From contig NC_089432.1 of assembly GCF_026210795.1 (NCBI RefSeq), positions 4,712,001 to 4,776,000 on the forward strand: a stretch of DNA of 64,000 nt. The letters are read 5' to 3'. The translations under genes and the position numbers were made by a program. This DNA is from Rhizophagus irregularis (taxonomy: Eukaryota). Below, one piece after another: positions 49,301-64,000 of this stretch (its first letter is position 1; every line of letters starts with the position of its first letter). Under the pieces are notes generated by a model. That model saw only the letters and a program-made list of their open reading frames with translations, made no database searches and had not been told where the DNA came from.

Positions 49301-52300
49301 TTCAGCTACATTATATTCAGGTAAATAACAATATGGATTAAATGACAATCGATTTTCTTTAATCTCATCCCAATTGAAAGATCCAAGCCACGGTAAAAGA
49401 TGTTTCTGAGCGTCACAAAATCTTCTAATATCATCCATTGAAAAATCTCTTCGACATAAATCTCTTAAAAAGTAAATTTTGAAAGAATCAATCAAAGGAT
49501 GAACGAATGTCAAAATATTGTTAATTTGACCAATTAATTCATTAGTAACAAAATCGTTATCAAGATCGTTATCAAAATCGTCTTCCTCCATTTGGTCAGG
49601 ATCATTATTATCTTTCCTAATAAAACTGTCCCAGAATCGACGAACGAATTCTTTAAGTAAAGCAATAGAAGTTATTTTTTGTAATGATGGTATTCCTTTT
49701 TTATATAAAGCTTCAAGAGCCGGTCCAATATAAGCCCCTAAACTTTCTAATTCTTCATTCATGAAGAAGGTCTGTTCAATGGTATCACAACACAAAGTAG
49801 CCATATTTGTATCTAAATCTCCTAAACATTTATTGATAATATTTAATCGAGGAGATTGTATTAAAGCTTCTTCGAAATCTGTAATTACTAAAAAGAACAT
49901 ATCTCTGTCTTCTTTAAGAAAGATTCTTTCGATGATTGCACCCATTAATGGAAAAGGTTCTTTCGAGAATAATTTCTCATATAAACTTAGTCGGACTTCT
50001 GATTCTATTGGAATCAATGCAAGGCATCTCATGATGAATGATCTTCTTGGAATTATATTCTTCTCATTTTGTTCTAATTTATCTAGCTTATTAAGTACGG
50101 TGCTGACAAATTTCTCTGAGAGAACTCCTTGTTCATCCGAACTTAACACAAGTTGAACAATTTCTCTAATACTATCTAAAGGAATGGATTTTGTCGCAAC
50201 TAAATCGTTTACAATACGTAACAATTGAAGATCTGGTAAATTCTTTGCTCGCGTCACCTTACTAACAAGAGATAATATTTTTGTGACGTCATGTTGCCAT
50301 TTATCAATCGAATGAGAATTTCCTGCGCCTTCGAAATTTCCACGAATTTGCTCCAACATCAATTTTATCAATTCTTTGACAAGATGGTTTTCAAAATTTC
50401 CTCCAGCAGTAACATTTCCTTGAATTTCGATATTTTCAATTATCATTGGAGACATTTGAGCCAATTGTAATTGAGCTAAAACTTCGTTGCCATTTTCCCA
50501 CCAATATGCATGAAGCAAAATTGGTTTGCGTGTTTTATCACCGATGAGTAACTTCAAGATTGACGCTAACATTTTTTTATTCTTTGTTTCACCATCTTTT
50601 GACGCAATAATAGTAACAAAGTCATTGAAATATAGTTCAGAAGCCCATTCCCATTCGAATGGAGAATCTTTTTCTTTTAATAGCGGTATTGACGTAAGAA
50701 TATTATCTTTGAATTCTTTCAAATGATCCTCAATCACGTAATCGTATAGTTCATTGGTTTCTTCATCAATTCTCTCATTATCTTCTTGTAATTTAGCTAT
50801 TTCTTCTTCGTAAATTCTTTTAAAACTATTAATTTGGTTCATAAAATATAATGAAAAAGGGAATTCAAGATCAAGTAAACTTCCTGCCGGCATATTATAT
50901 CCATCAAGTTCTGGATTTTGCGTATTTTCAATTTTGACAATTTTCTTATCCATATAAACCTGTTCCCAAAACTTAAGTAATTTCACATAGTTTCCTTTTG
51001 ATCTTGCTCGTTCATTAATATAGAAAAATGTTTTTGTTGCTGATAATCTTTCCAAAGCACATAAAATTTGAGCTATCGGCTTCTTAAACAGTGTTCTAAT
51101 GTGAGTTTGTAGTGCTGCAGAAAATGAAGGGTATGGGTATAAATTTTGTTTATTTGATGCGACTTTATATTGCCAATCATTTGTAGGTTGTTGTTTGATC
51201 CATTCAAGAATTCTTACTTTCAAACATTTAATAAAGTCTTGGCACTTTAGGATTTTTTCGTTTATTGTTCTAAAGAAAAAAGGTTAACAAAAAAATTTTT
51301 TAAAAAAATTATACATTTATGAAGGACAAAAAATCATTACTTTACGCGTTACTTACTTTATATGATTGATTGACTTATCGTTCGATGGATATTTCATACA
51401 TGATAGACACCATAATAGTTCTTGTTGTAAAATTTTTTCAAATGGATAAGTAGAATCAACAATACGAGATAAAGACCCATCCAAGAGACCTGATGTAGGA
51501 ACGTTACTTCCTGATAATGTTTCAATAGTTATTTGTTTCCAGCCGCACATGAAATTAAAAGACGAAAAGGTGGATTCCTGCTCTCGATGAATATGAAGAA
51601 TGATACACGCATGCTTCATAGGTACAATATGCTCCATTTGATCTTTCTTTGCTATAAAGTCTTTTCGGAATTGTTCGATGATTAATTTAGCTAGTTTAAT
51701 ACAACCAGTACTAACAGTAGTTATATCGCATTGGAGGATTAGCATTTGATCATTTGATTCTTCAGACCAAAAGTGTTTTACCTACAATACAGAGTTGTAT
51801 AAGTAACAAGAAAACATGCATTAACTTAATAAATCACCGCTTTTGACTTACCCGATTCGAAAGTTGAGCTTCAGTCTTAAAAATCGACAATTTATCTACT
51901 TGACAACTAAATTTTCGTAAACAAAACATAACATCCGTATTGATATTGGAGAAGGTGTTTATAATTAATAAATGCCCATTAGGAACCGATGATGTTCCTT
52001 GATTATCAAAGTAATCATAAAGACTATCATGATGCTGTTGATTGAAATAAACATGCTTCCATTTTTCAAATTCATCTCGCTCTAAAGCTGATAACTCGGC
52101 TCTCACAACACCATCAGAAGTCGCCGTTGCAATCAAACATTCTTTGCATTTTTCTAATATTTCTTCTTCATCTGCTTCGGGATTATTCTTCATAATGTCG
52201 ATAATTAAACTTTGTAAGGTTTCATTTTTATCAAATCCAATGAATAGATCTTTCTGGGTAAACTTATTACGTGATTGAGTTGCTTGATTATTGTCGATCA

Positions 52301-55300
52301 AAGTTGAGAATTTTCTTGCCCAATCATTTAAATTTTCATAAAATAACTTTTGGTTATTGTCAAGTATGTCATTAATCGACATTTTTTGTTTTTCAAATCG
52401 ATTAAGAAGTGGAGGATCAGCCAAAGCCAATTTATTCTCATCCATAACAAGAATACATTTAAAATTCGGCGAAACATAACTAAAAATTTATTATTATTTA
52501 AAAATTTTTGTAATAATAAAATATGAATGATAAATTTCAACAAATTCACTTACAGCATAGGATTGGCATACGCTCCAAGTGCAACTCTCGTAAAGTATTT
52601 GACATTATCTTTACTTCCTACCACAATATAATTTTGATTCCATAAATCGTAAAGACTCCCTATTGAAATAGGAAAAAAAAATTTTTTTATTTACTTGATT
52701 ATTTATAACTATGATAGTAAATGAAATAATTACCATAAATTATTTCTAAATCTGTTAAAATCAATGGTCTGCCTGCTTCAACGCACATCTAAAATGACAG
52801 AATGATTTTTAATATAAATAAGCATATTAAACTAGAAAAAAAAATCTCTTTGAGTTGAAAATTAAATTATTAACCATAATTTTTCTCAAAACACTATAAT
52901 AATAATCCTCTTGATCATCAGGAAATTGTGATCCTAGAATTACAACAGGATCTCTCTTTCTTAGCTGATAAGTCAGCAAATTTACAATTGAATCACTTTT
53001 ACCAATAACCATTAAATGTCGTGCATCAGGATCTTTTAAGTTTGTATCAATTAATTGTTCGACTGGAGCTTGTTTATATGTCCATGGGTTATGGTTATTA
53101 TACATTTTTAGAACATTTCCAAAATATTGATCGCATAATTTGACATGATTATCTGTTCCTCCAAAATTACGGGCTAATGCCATTTGAATATTCTCTGGAG
53201 TCATTTCGTTTAATGAAAGACGTTTAACCAATGCATAATAATCACGAAGACCATGGAAGTTAGACGAAGATTGGCCATGTTTTTCAAAATTTGAATATGC
53301 CTTAGCTAAAGGACTTAAGGCGCCTCTCTGACCAGATGCAATAGCTCTTTTATTTAATAAACGTTCAGCAGTATCAACTAAATCATTCAAATTAAATTGT
53401 GGTCTGTAGAGAGGATATTAAAAAATTGTAAATAAGACAAAATTGTGAAATTATATAAATGTATGTTATTTAATTTTTTGAAAAAAAAATCGTACCTTTG
53501 AACAAGTAATGCACGACTACTTTTACTGTTGTCTAAGCGCCAGTTAGATATCCCTATCACTGAAACAGTTGGCTCTGTAGCTGGATAGCTTGGTTCAAGT
53601 AAAGAGTGAAGTACTTTTAATGGATTGAAAGGACTTGTTTCAGCCAAACCAACTATAAAAAGAATAATAAATGATGTGAACAACTTAATAATGTAAAAGG
53701 ACCATAAGAAAAAATAAAATTACCTTCATCAAGTAAAACAACACTAGCAACAGGAAATTGTTTGGAAGTTGTCTCCTGAAATTTATTTGCCTTCTCAAAA
53801 ACTTTTATAATACCTTCAGAAGTTGAAGATGAAGAGCCTTGATGTGGAATTAAGTAAACTTGTGCTAAGTTTCTAAAGTACTTATCACTTGAATCTGGAC
53901 CACGTAAATTTGAGCTTATAAGACGAACTGCTAAAGATTTTGAAGAACCCGGCGCTCCTATAAGGAACAGAGGGATTTTTGTCAAAATGCATACGATCAT
54001 GACTAAAACATTTTCTAATAAAGCTTCGTTATATGCTGTATTAGGTGGACATTGCATCCTATTAATATAATCTTCCTGTTCTTCACGAATAATTTTAGCA
54101 AACATATTTTCTCCTACATAAGTATTATGTTTGTGTAATATTTGTTCCATTTCATGACGATATTGTTTACGTAAATCTTGTTCATACAACCGAGAATGAT
54201 AACAAAGACTAAGTGCCAGAACATAAGATCTGATCCTTACTGTTAGTTTACCAGGTGGTGGATATGTATGTCCTTCCCTCCAAAACGGACGATTTTGAAG
54301 AGAATTATGAAAGAATTTCACTAAACTTATAGCTCGTTTAACATCACGTAAGCTCACACTATATCGTTCCTCAACCTTACGAATGAATTCTTGAGAAGCA
54401 AATAGAAGTTCTGTAAATTCAGGATGGAATAAAGTTTTTGATTCTTTTCCAACCATAATTTGAATATATCTGTGTTCATCTTTTGATTTCAGAATACCGT
54501 AGTCCCAAACATAATCTAAAATTTGATCAGGAAGTGGTTTGACTTGATAAACAAGTTTACTTTGTTCGAAGTTTTTAACTCTATTTGTCAAACCGGCTTG
54601 GCTTTGAGCTTTCGTACGAAGACGGTATGGATTGCAAGCAGCGAATAAACGGATATTTGGGTGTATTGGTTTCCCATTAAGCATTCGATGGGATATTAAA
54701 TCAGCGAGTAAACCTATATAATTGCAAGTATTGATTTCATCAAAGAATAACCAAATCTCGCCTTTTTCTGCTTTTTCTAAAGAATCATTCATGAACCTCA
54801 TAATAGTTTTTTCATCGATTCCGGCGTGAAGGTTAAGTGGCCGGAATTGAACTTCAACCATCAAGGCCAGATAAGCGATCAAACTTGTCTATAAAAGAAA
54901 CGAGAATTTAATAAATATTTTTTTTTTTGGAAAAAAAAACATCGATAATGAAATAACATATTAAATCACCTTGCCACATCCTGCTTCACCACAAACTATC
55001 ACTGGAATATTCGCACGTGCTCTTAAAAGAATTAAGGCCATCTTTATTAAGTTATCACCAGATAAAGCATATTCGGGAAGATCTAATTTTTCTGTTGAAC
55101 TTCGTGCCAAACACTCTAATTTTAAGAAAAGATCTTCTGGAGTCATCGAATTGTAATCATCTAACACCCATTTCGTTCGATCTTCAATTACTTGACTTTT
55201 TAATAAAATCTCTACATTTTCATCAACTTTATTTCTGTCACGATATAAAGCTGATATTGAATCGGGAGTTTGAGAATTGAAAAATACTATAAGATGATTT

Positions 55301-58300
55301 GAGTCGTCCCATTGAACTATTGTACCAAGACGAGCGTTTTCATCATCAGCATCTATAGCGTTTGTAGATTCTAACTGTGCCTCTTTTGTTTTAATAGATC
55401 TGGTTGCAAAATCTTTTGAAACATATATTAAGGTTCCTAATATAAGTTTCCTAATGTTAGTTTCTTCTACCATTAATTTGAGATTATCTACAGTAAAAAA
55501 TTGACTTGAAGAAAATCGAACTAATTGATCTGAGAGTACATTAATAAATATTTCAAAAAATCTAAAAGAAGAAATATCTTTGCTGCCTTTATTAAAGAAA
55601 TATTTTTCAATAAGATTTTGACAGCGTTCTACTGATAGTGGATCTTTAATTGCTTTATCTGTCCGGAAGAGGATCTCTTTTGAATCTATATCATTACGAT
55701 CCAATAAATTCAAATAATGACAAGTAACCTGAATTGGACTATTAATTACTTGAGAAGCTTTCAAACTTTTAATATTCCAAGATATATGATTGAATAATAA
55801 ATATCCTGTCATAGGAAGAGAATTAAGTAGATACTGTTCTGTAGTTGAAGCTATTTCGATAAATATATGTGTAGGTGTTTCTGATGAAGGCAGACAAGCT
55901 ATATCAACATTCGTAGAAACCATACCCAAAGTTAATAATTCAAATAAAAACATGTTGACGTCTCCCGGATAGTTAGCTGATACTACATTGATGTGTAAAC
56001 TTTCTACAGGTCGGAGTTTACATTCTTTTAATTGACTTACAAGCCTGCTAAACTCCATATCATCGCATATTAAAAAGCTACGTGGAATTTTCTTTTTTTT
56101 GAAACTATCTTCTTTAATCCATTCAGTTTTGCCCTGTCCTGATAAATCAGAAGAAACACGTATGACATTCTGACACAATTCCCTATAAATTCTTCTCATG
56201 GAATCATTATTTAATCCATTAGTTGCCTTAACATCTGAAGAGAATTGATCTAAAATATGATGATGGATTCCATTCTCTCTGCAACAAATGAGTGCTAAAA
56301 GATAGCCCTCTTGTTCTTGCATTGACCTAATTTGATTAACTAAATCATATTGTAATTCAAAGTCCAATAATTCTAAATTTGCAATACAAAATAAGTGGTC
56401 TTCATAGCCATTGTCTGACGCAAAATAACTTCTTTTTATGAAGATTGTTAGTTCTTCCATCGTAGTTGAAGAAGTACATATTAGGAGTTGCCACAGTTCC
56501 GGATAATATCCATGATTAGCATATAATGACATAATAATGTTTGGGACTAGTATATTGTCAGCACAAGCAGCAATAAATAATTTCCCTCTTTTAACTACAT
56601 CCGATGCTACGCGTTTTCCAGCAGCCTTAAGTCTACGCGGTTGTTTTTGAATATTTCTGAAAATCTTCTCTAATTCATTTCCAATTTCACAAAGAATTTT
56701 AAAATAATCCTTAGATCCACGTGAGATTCCTTTAATATCCTTACGAGGTGGTAATTGAGCTTTGCTGTTCACAACTCTAATTAATGTTTTGCATTCTTCT
56801 TCGTTTTCTTCATCTAATTTTTCTGACGTGAAATAATCATAGAATGCCAAAATATGACGGGCAGGGAAGAAAGTTAAATAATAACACCGTTCTTGTGCAC
56901 GATCTACTATAGTTTGCCTATAAATTGTAAATTCATCAGTCTTTATTGCAAGCGAGAAAAATGAATGAAATGAATATAAAGATAATCATTTACCAATTTT
57001 TGAGCTCGCCCCTTAAGAATTTCAAATACTCTTTCATACTATCTATTTTATTTATTCCTATTAATTCTTTTTCAAATTTTCTGTAATCAAAATGCCCCAA
57101 CTGAATTAACAAGGACAGCACATCAATTATTTCTTGTGCTAAATCAACCTGAACAACAAAATCGTCCATAATATTTTTTGATATTTCCTCGTCTTTTTCA
57201 CTAATTACATCATTTTCGCTTATCTTAGGTTTTGCAATCAAAAGAGCCCGCCCACGTAAATCCAAGATTTCATTCATATTATAAGTCATTATCATTTCTG
57301 ATTTAGAAGTCCTAGAAGTATATTTTAATGAAACAAAACACTGGTCTTCTTTTTCATCCCGTCCAAAAGTGTAAGATCCATTTTGTACAGCATTCTTAAT
57401 TTTTTCTTTAGTAGCTTCACCACGATTTTCAATGCTCTGATACATATTTCGTAATGCCATATTGCAACTGTTACATAAGGCAATCTTTTCCCCTAAAGTA
57501 GGATTCTCGTTTATAACATCTGATAACGAATCTAAAAAGCTTTTAATAGTTTCCTTTTTATTATTATTCATAAAAGGTAATAAAAATCGCTGTACTTCAA
57601 TAAGCGATGAAACAGTACCCTCTTGAATCAATCTTTCATCCGAGTGATCATCCACACCATTAATCAAATTTTTAATATCATGCTCGGCAATCTCCTTTAA
57701 AAAGCTTATAAAATCATCTGCATTTGATAACTCTTTTATTAATTTCCAACATTCATTATTAACATTGGAAAGATTTTTACCAAGTTTAGCGAAAAAACTA
57801 TTTATTTGACTAAGTTTCATAGAATTGTTTTTTAAAGGGTCGCCTTTTAAAGAATCGCCTCTTAAAGAATCAATCGATTCTTTTAGCCAATCATCTTTAT
57901 TACTCGCTATATTAAAAAGTTGTAAAACTGTTTCTAACTCTTCGAGTCGTTCAATCCAGTGAGGAATACTTGAAATATGCTTTAGGGTTTGTATGAATTT
58001 GTGATTCTTATGTCCATCTATTAAATCAAGTTCCGCATTAATATTTGTAACATTTTCACAAAACAAAGCCATATCTGAAATTTTAAGTTTTTCCCATTCC
58101 CTAAATTGTTTACAAATAGCGTTATATCTTTCAAAAACAGCCGGTATCAATCTTTGCGCTATGTATTCCACTTTTGTGGCAGCAGTATCTTCCCGGATAC
58201 AAACTTCAAAGATATTTCGAAAAGATCGAGATTGATTATATTTGTAGCAACGCTCTGCACTCTCCAAAGTTTTTCCATGAAATGCCCAATAATCTGGCGA

Positions 58301-61300
58301 TATTGCCTCTTTCAACATCACTTTATTTGAATTTGGCATATGTTGTTTTACATCTTGGATGTAATCATCCACATCTTCTACTTGGGAAGCTGGACAAAAC
58401 TCGGTATAAAACTTAAAAAGGACATCAAGTTTAACTTGAAACTCGTTACAAAGCTTTCTAAGTTTCTCGATTTCGTCTCGCGAAACAATCACATCACCTA
58501 TATCTTTCTTTTGGGAGACAGCTGCATCAAAATGTTGAAATAATTTTTCATTTTTACATTCCAAGAGCTGTTGCAATAATTGTACGTCAACTGTCTTTTC
58601 ACGGAGTAATCCACCGAGTTCATTGATGGATGCTTTAACACGTTTAACAAGTGGATTGGAAAGAAGTTTCGTAACATCTCCAGTAGCGCATAATATAATT
58701 TTCCAAAGTTCACCAGCTCCTAGAATATTTAAATGAAGTTCCGAAGGATTTGATGCAGTAAATTGACTTTGCAATCTATTCATAATATGACACAAAATTT
58801 CTTCGCTTATCCTAATAAATTATTTAATAGAAAAATAAAAATAGTTAATTAAATAAATGTTTTTTTTTCGACAAAGAAGGATCTACATCAAATAAACTTA
58901 CGAGTTTAGGACCATCAAAACCTTTGGTTTGCAATCGCATATTATATATATTTTATTTATTAGTTGATCGTTAATTTGTTGAACAGACTTATTTAGCATT
59001 TCTTTAACCATATCTATAAACAATGTTTTGATTTCTTGTTGTTTTGTCCGAATTAAAAATTTTGTTGCGGCAAATATTAGAGATTCTGAGCACAATTTAA
59101 CCCTTTCTATAGCAATGTTTGTCAAACTTTGCCAAACATTTTTTCGATGACTAAGTAAGGGGTACATGCGTTCTAATCGTAAAAATACTAAAAATACAAT
59201 GTTGTTATCTTTTTTATTGCTTGTGCTTGTACCTGTGTCAAGTTTGAGTAAAAGATTTCTAAACCAAGTTACACAGATTTTTGGTATCTTCTTCTCCTTA
59301 TCAAAAAAATCATTACGGAACCACTCATCTAAAATTTCTGGAAATATGTCTAATAATTCTAAAGTTCTAGACTGAGATACCAAATCTAATGATAAAATAA
59401 CATCCTCTCTAGTCCAATATATATCATCATGAAGAAGGGCTGTAATAGCAGTGATATTTTCCTTTGTCCAATTTCCGTTCAAACCTTCAAATAAAAACAA
59501 AGCACGAGATCGGAAAACTTCAGACACGTCAAATCGATAATCAGCCGGAACTCTCTTAAAATGATGTTCTAAGTCAACAGCATCATCATGAGAGATAAAT
59601 TCTCGAAGTTTGTCATTAAAACTCTTAAAAATAATTTTATCAATTTTGTTATTATGGAAAAGAATATCATTCCAAAGCGGAAAAAGGTAATCCATATCAT
59701 TACATAATTGAATTAACCACTATAAAAGATATTAAAAAAATTAATTTTAATTGTAAATTTTCGAAAACAAAAATTATATTTAAATTTACCTTGGCAAGTT
59801 TATTATAAATTTCGGGTTCAATGCCATCCATGTAAGGTTTGACCATTTTTAATCCTTGAATAAATTTCGATAAATCCTCATCAGTATACTTTAAAAATTT
59901 CAACTGATCAATGAAAGAAAATTTAGGATCAACTTCAGACGCAATTGTAAAAATAGTGAGCCAATCAAACTGCATCAGAGCAGCATTATGCTGGATTAAG
60001 ATCATAATGCCACTATACATTTGGTCTTTGGTATTTGAAGGTAAAGTTCCTTCTTTATAGTCATAAAGTGCTTCAAGTAACACTCCAGATGGGAATGTAT
60101 TTTTTAGTTCATGGAAATGACATTGCATCTTTAAAGTGTAGTATCCTAAAAGAAGACATAAGAAAAGTAGTTTGTCTCTATTTAATCCATCATCAATACG
60201 ATTAGCAATGCGGTTGTAATTTGATGAGGTGATCGTATAATCATAGTGAAATTTTAATAAATGTTGATATTCCATAACTTTATCCTTAAGGTTATTATCT
60301 CTGATGGAATTAAAAATATAGTCCACAAAAGCAAAGTCGCGTATATTTTTTAATTTATAATGATTATTACTCTTAAATATGTCAAATTGATCATTTCTCT
60401 CGATATTCAACGTGCGATTGTCTCGACTACCATTTCCTTCGAATATTATTTCTCCATTACCATAATATCTAGTATTCACACAAATAGCATATTTATATAG
60501 AATTTCATTACTTTCAACTTCAGATAGAGATATAATAACTGTTTCGGATCGCCAATACGTTTGATTTATTTTACGAAATTTGATGGTAGGAGTTTTCCAA
60601 TGACCTAGTTCTTTTATATTTCCAAGAACAACAGGTTTTCCAAAAACATTATCAATATCCTCCGGACAATGAACATGGAAGATAACTTTAATCTCATTCG
60701 AACCCTTACTACTAATCAATCCTTTAAACACGTTGGACACGTTAGAGATCCAATTTTTCTTTCCTTTGTTATTACTGTCTCTATGATCACTTCGACCGTT
60801 GTGGTTTTCTGGATAATGAGTGGTATCATCCCTGGGTCCTCCGTAAGACTCAGATTCATCAGACTCTTTTCGCTTATTACGATTATGTTCTGATGATTGA
60901 AAGACATCTTGCTGGGAGTCGCTGATATTATCATCATAACTCTCATCCTGAAAGTCAGTCACATTATCTAATTTCTTTTTCGTAGACCGATTTTTATTGT
61001 TTTTATGTCGAGTGGTTTCATTTATTGATTCTTCGGTATCAGTCCCAACATCATCTTTATTGATACGAGAGTAACTTTCTTCATGATCTTCATTATCGTC
61101 CTGAGAGTCACTTGTATTAACTAATTTTATAGGCATATTTTGGTTATTTTTATCTTTTGAATGTTCCTCATAATAAGACTCGGCATCTTTTTTATTGAAA
61201 TGGCTTGAAGATGAAGAGTCATCTCCCTCATAATCTTCATTCTCATCCTGAGAGTCACTCTCACTATCCAATTTTTTCAGATTTTGATTATTTTTATTTT

Positions 61301-62936
61301 TCGTATATGGAGTTTCTACCTGTTTTTTATTGATACGCCTTAAAGATGAAATGTCACCTTCTTCATTACTACCGTAATCAACGTTATCGTCATTATCACT
61401 TTCTTGTTTTCTCACAATATTACGAGACTTTGAAATTGGGTTTTCAGCTTCTTCATCTGATAAATCACCATGTAAAGACTGACTTTGACTATCTTGATTT
61501 TTTGGACGATGAGTGATTTCATCGCTTTTTCCTCTATGGGGAGGATCAAACCTTTCTTTCTTAATATTTTTTCCCGTTGGAGATGGAGAGTCATCTTTTT
61601 TGTTCGGGAATTCGCCGATATCATCATCATAATCAACATCATAGTCGTAGTTTACGGTCGTATCTGATTTCTTTGATTTCTTACTTCTTGTATCATGGTC
61701 AGACTTTGGACGATTATATCCCGCTGAAGATAAAAAGTTGTCTTTCTTGTCCGGGAATTCGCTGATATCATCATCATAGTTCTTTGATTTCTTTTTACTT
61801 TTTGTATCATGGTCAGATTTTGAACCGCTTTCAAATTCGCTCGCTGATCCCTTTGTATTAAATAATTTAGATGCATGCCTATTATTATCATAATCTAAAG
61901 TATGTTGGATATGTCGAGATTTAGGAGAAGAGTCAGATTTTGAACCGCTTTCAAATTCGCTCGCTGATCCCTTTGTATTAAATAATTTAGATGCATGCCT
62001 ATTATTATCATAATCTAAAGTATGTTGGATATGTCGAGATTTAGGAGAAGACGTCTGAACGGTCACAGTTTGATTGATTGAATCATCATCTTCAAAAAGT
62101 TCGAGTAACTCTTTTCGATTTTCAACATTGTCCGTCTCTTGATCAGAATTTTCTTGACCAGCTAAGACTTTTTGATCAGCTGCTGGTGGTACATTGAAAT
62201 GACTAGAACTTTCTCGTTTAAGAGTTTCAACATTCTCCGCTTTTTTAACATTCGCACTAGGGTTATGATCTTCATCATCGTCTTTATCAGAAACACCGAC
62301 TGAAACATAATCTCCAGTATTTGTAGAATTATTTTTTATATCATCGGACTCAATGATGATTTTATCGTTATCAATGGAAATATCAGTTTCTTCTTTATTG
62401 TGTTCTTTATCATCCGAACCCCCTGTATTAGAAGTATGAGTTTGCTTATTATAATCTAAAGTATCTTCTCGTTGTTGTTCAGTATATTGAGATTTTGGAA
62501 GAGAAGTTTGAATGGTCTCACTAGATACATCATCATCATCATTTATATCTTTTCGGTCTTCAATAATTTCCGTTTTTTTGTCTGATTCTTCTTGGTCAAT
62601 TAAAACTTTTTGATATAAGTTCTCATCAATACGACTTGTACTAGTATGTTCATAATCATCATCTGATGATGGGAACACTTCTTGTTTACCCGTCTCAATA
62701 TTTTCGATTTCTTTTTCGACTTGGTTATAAATTAAATTGGAGGTAATATTTTGTTCCTCGTTACTGGAAATGCCGACTGATAAATTATCATGAACATCAT
62801 CAATTGACTCATCGGACTTATCGATTATTTTATCGTTACCAACAACATTTTCTGTTGTATCAGAACTCGAAGCTTGCTCTTCCTCATTATTTGATGTGGA
62901 ATCATTCTCATTTTCAATATTTGTATCTTGTCCCAT
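46336..62936 (-). CDS. RNF213/mysterin-like giant AAA+ ATPase / E3 ligase (roughly 5,100 aa, estimated; >10 introns)
   Basis: Consecutive ORFs are linked by short GT-AG introns. Domains in order: acidic disordered N-terminus; CBM20-like (VIFHVH..VVLGNIKELGHW); AAA modules (GEAGCGKT/FFDEINTC; GAPGSSKS/VLLDEVGLAE..PLKVLH; FHGLRDYY; GSQFPDD; PPLLNRFEK); RZ-finger (YVCKCGYKYFIANCG..SKCPECG..GH). The last exon ends KPDEFIDNM* at 46336. Confidence 0.9.
61812..62051 (-). repeat. 120-bp in-frame tandem duplication in the RNF213-like N-terminus
   Basis: SSPKSRHIQHTLDYDNNRHASKLFNTKGSASEFESGSKSD occurs twice, essentially identical at the DNA level. Confidence 0.92.
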
Positions 62937-64000
62937 GCTAAAAAATTTAATTTGTCAGTAATAAATAAAAAGAAAAAAAAATATAATAATAAAATAAAAT
63001 AAAAATCGTTAATAAAGAAAAAAAGCTATTAAAAAAAAATCGTCAGTTAAAAAAAAATATTTCTTTTTGACATAAAATTAGAAAAGAAAAGACTAGCAAA
63101 AACAAGTAAAAAAAAAATGATTTTTTTTTTTTTGAGAAATAAAACAGAGTATAAACCAAAAATGAGTTTTTAAAGAAAGAATAGAAAGAATAGTGCAGCT
63201 TGTGTAACCGGAATTCCGGAAAAACTACCTGATTGAATTAATCATCACAATACAGCGGTATCAGCAAATCAATCCTAGAGATATAAAGAATATAAATGAA
63301 AAAAAAAGAAAAATCCCTAATACCAGGAATAAACTAAAACTTTACCCTATTATTACGAAATTGAAATACGGTAATAAAAACTATAATAATAATAATAATA
63401 ATGATGAATGTGTAAATGTGAATAAAACAATAATTATAAATTATTAAATTTTCCACTTTTAACGTTATTGACATACAAAACTTTCGATACAATGTCTGAA
63501 AACTTTATTTTTTTCTTCCTTTTTTTGCTCCTTTTTTTTATCTTTTTTTACAATAAACGAGAAAACGAAAAGAATACGAATACCTATCAAAATATATGAC
63601 AAATCTTAAAAGTATTATTATTTTTTCTTTGAAGGATTGTATGGAATATTCGATTATACCCGATTAAATTATCAAATTATGAAAATTTCTACCATTTTCC
63701 GTTATTGTAAATGTAAAATGCATAAATTCTTTTAAAATGTTTTGCCTAGAAAAAAAATATTTTTTTATATAATTGTTTATGCAATAAAGCAAATTATGCA
63801 AGTTTGTACATTATCATTAATACAATATGTTATATAAAACCCACAACAAATGAACGGTTATAAAGGGTAAATCAGTACGAGAAGATAATAGAACGGAAAT
63901 TGACGAACTATGGAAGAAGCACAGGAAAATAAACATCAATCGAGATAATGAACTAGTCCGTCGGCGAGTTGCACAGATTGCTGCTCTTGATTTGATAATA

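Noticed and set aside
48613..61891. Small alternate-frame and plus-strand ORFs within the RNF213-like gene
   Set aside because: Overlap a long conserved CDS and have no independent motifs.

Overview
This is a very AT-rich, intron-containing eukaryotic window. The short GT-AG introns, expanded TKL-type kinases and SAM+nuclease remnant suggest an arbuscular mycorrhizal fungus (Glomeromycotina, Rhizophagus-like); that assignment is inferred. Contents in order: (1) an FAD-monooxygenase pseudogene carrying a small TIR insertion; (2) a minus-strand TKL kinase gene; (3) a TE-rich stretch with a kinase remnant, a hAT end, a nested foldback element, a probable Helitron and a complete non-autonomous hAT with 8-bp TSD; (4) a second TKL kinase; (5) a young, full-length 10.9-kb Ty3/Gypsy LTR retrotransposon; (6) a SAM/nuclease pseudogene; (7) a ~16.6-kb RNF213/mysterin-like gene with CBM20, AAA+ and RZ-finger domains. 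The most striking feature is the ~3.5-kb apparent satellite upstream of the second kinase. It reads as an array of ~35 mostly 3-nt micro-exons in tandemly duplicated introns, encoding a W/D/N/C-rich N-terminus one split codon at a time. The retrotransposon has apparently identical 603-bp LTRs and a CTGG TSD, and it interrupts a 124-aa host ORF. It also carries extra ORFs, a dNMP-kinase-like domain fused to a stand-alone integrase, and a decayed copy of what appears to be its own primer tRNA-Gly. All calls were made by eye; no searches were run.
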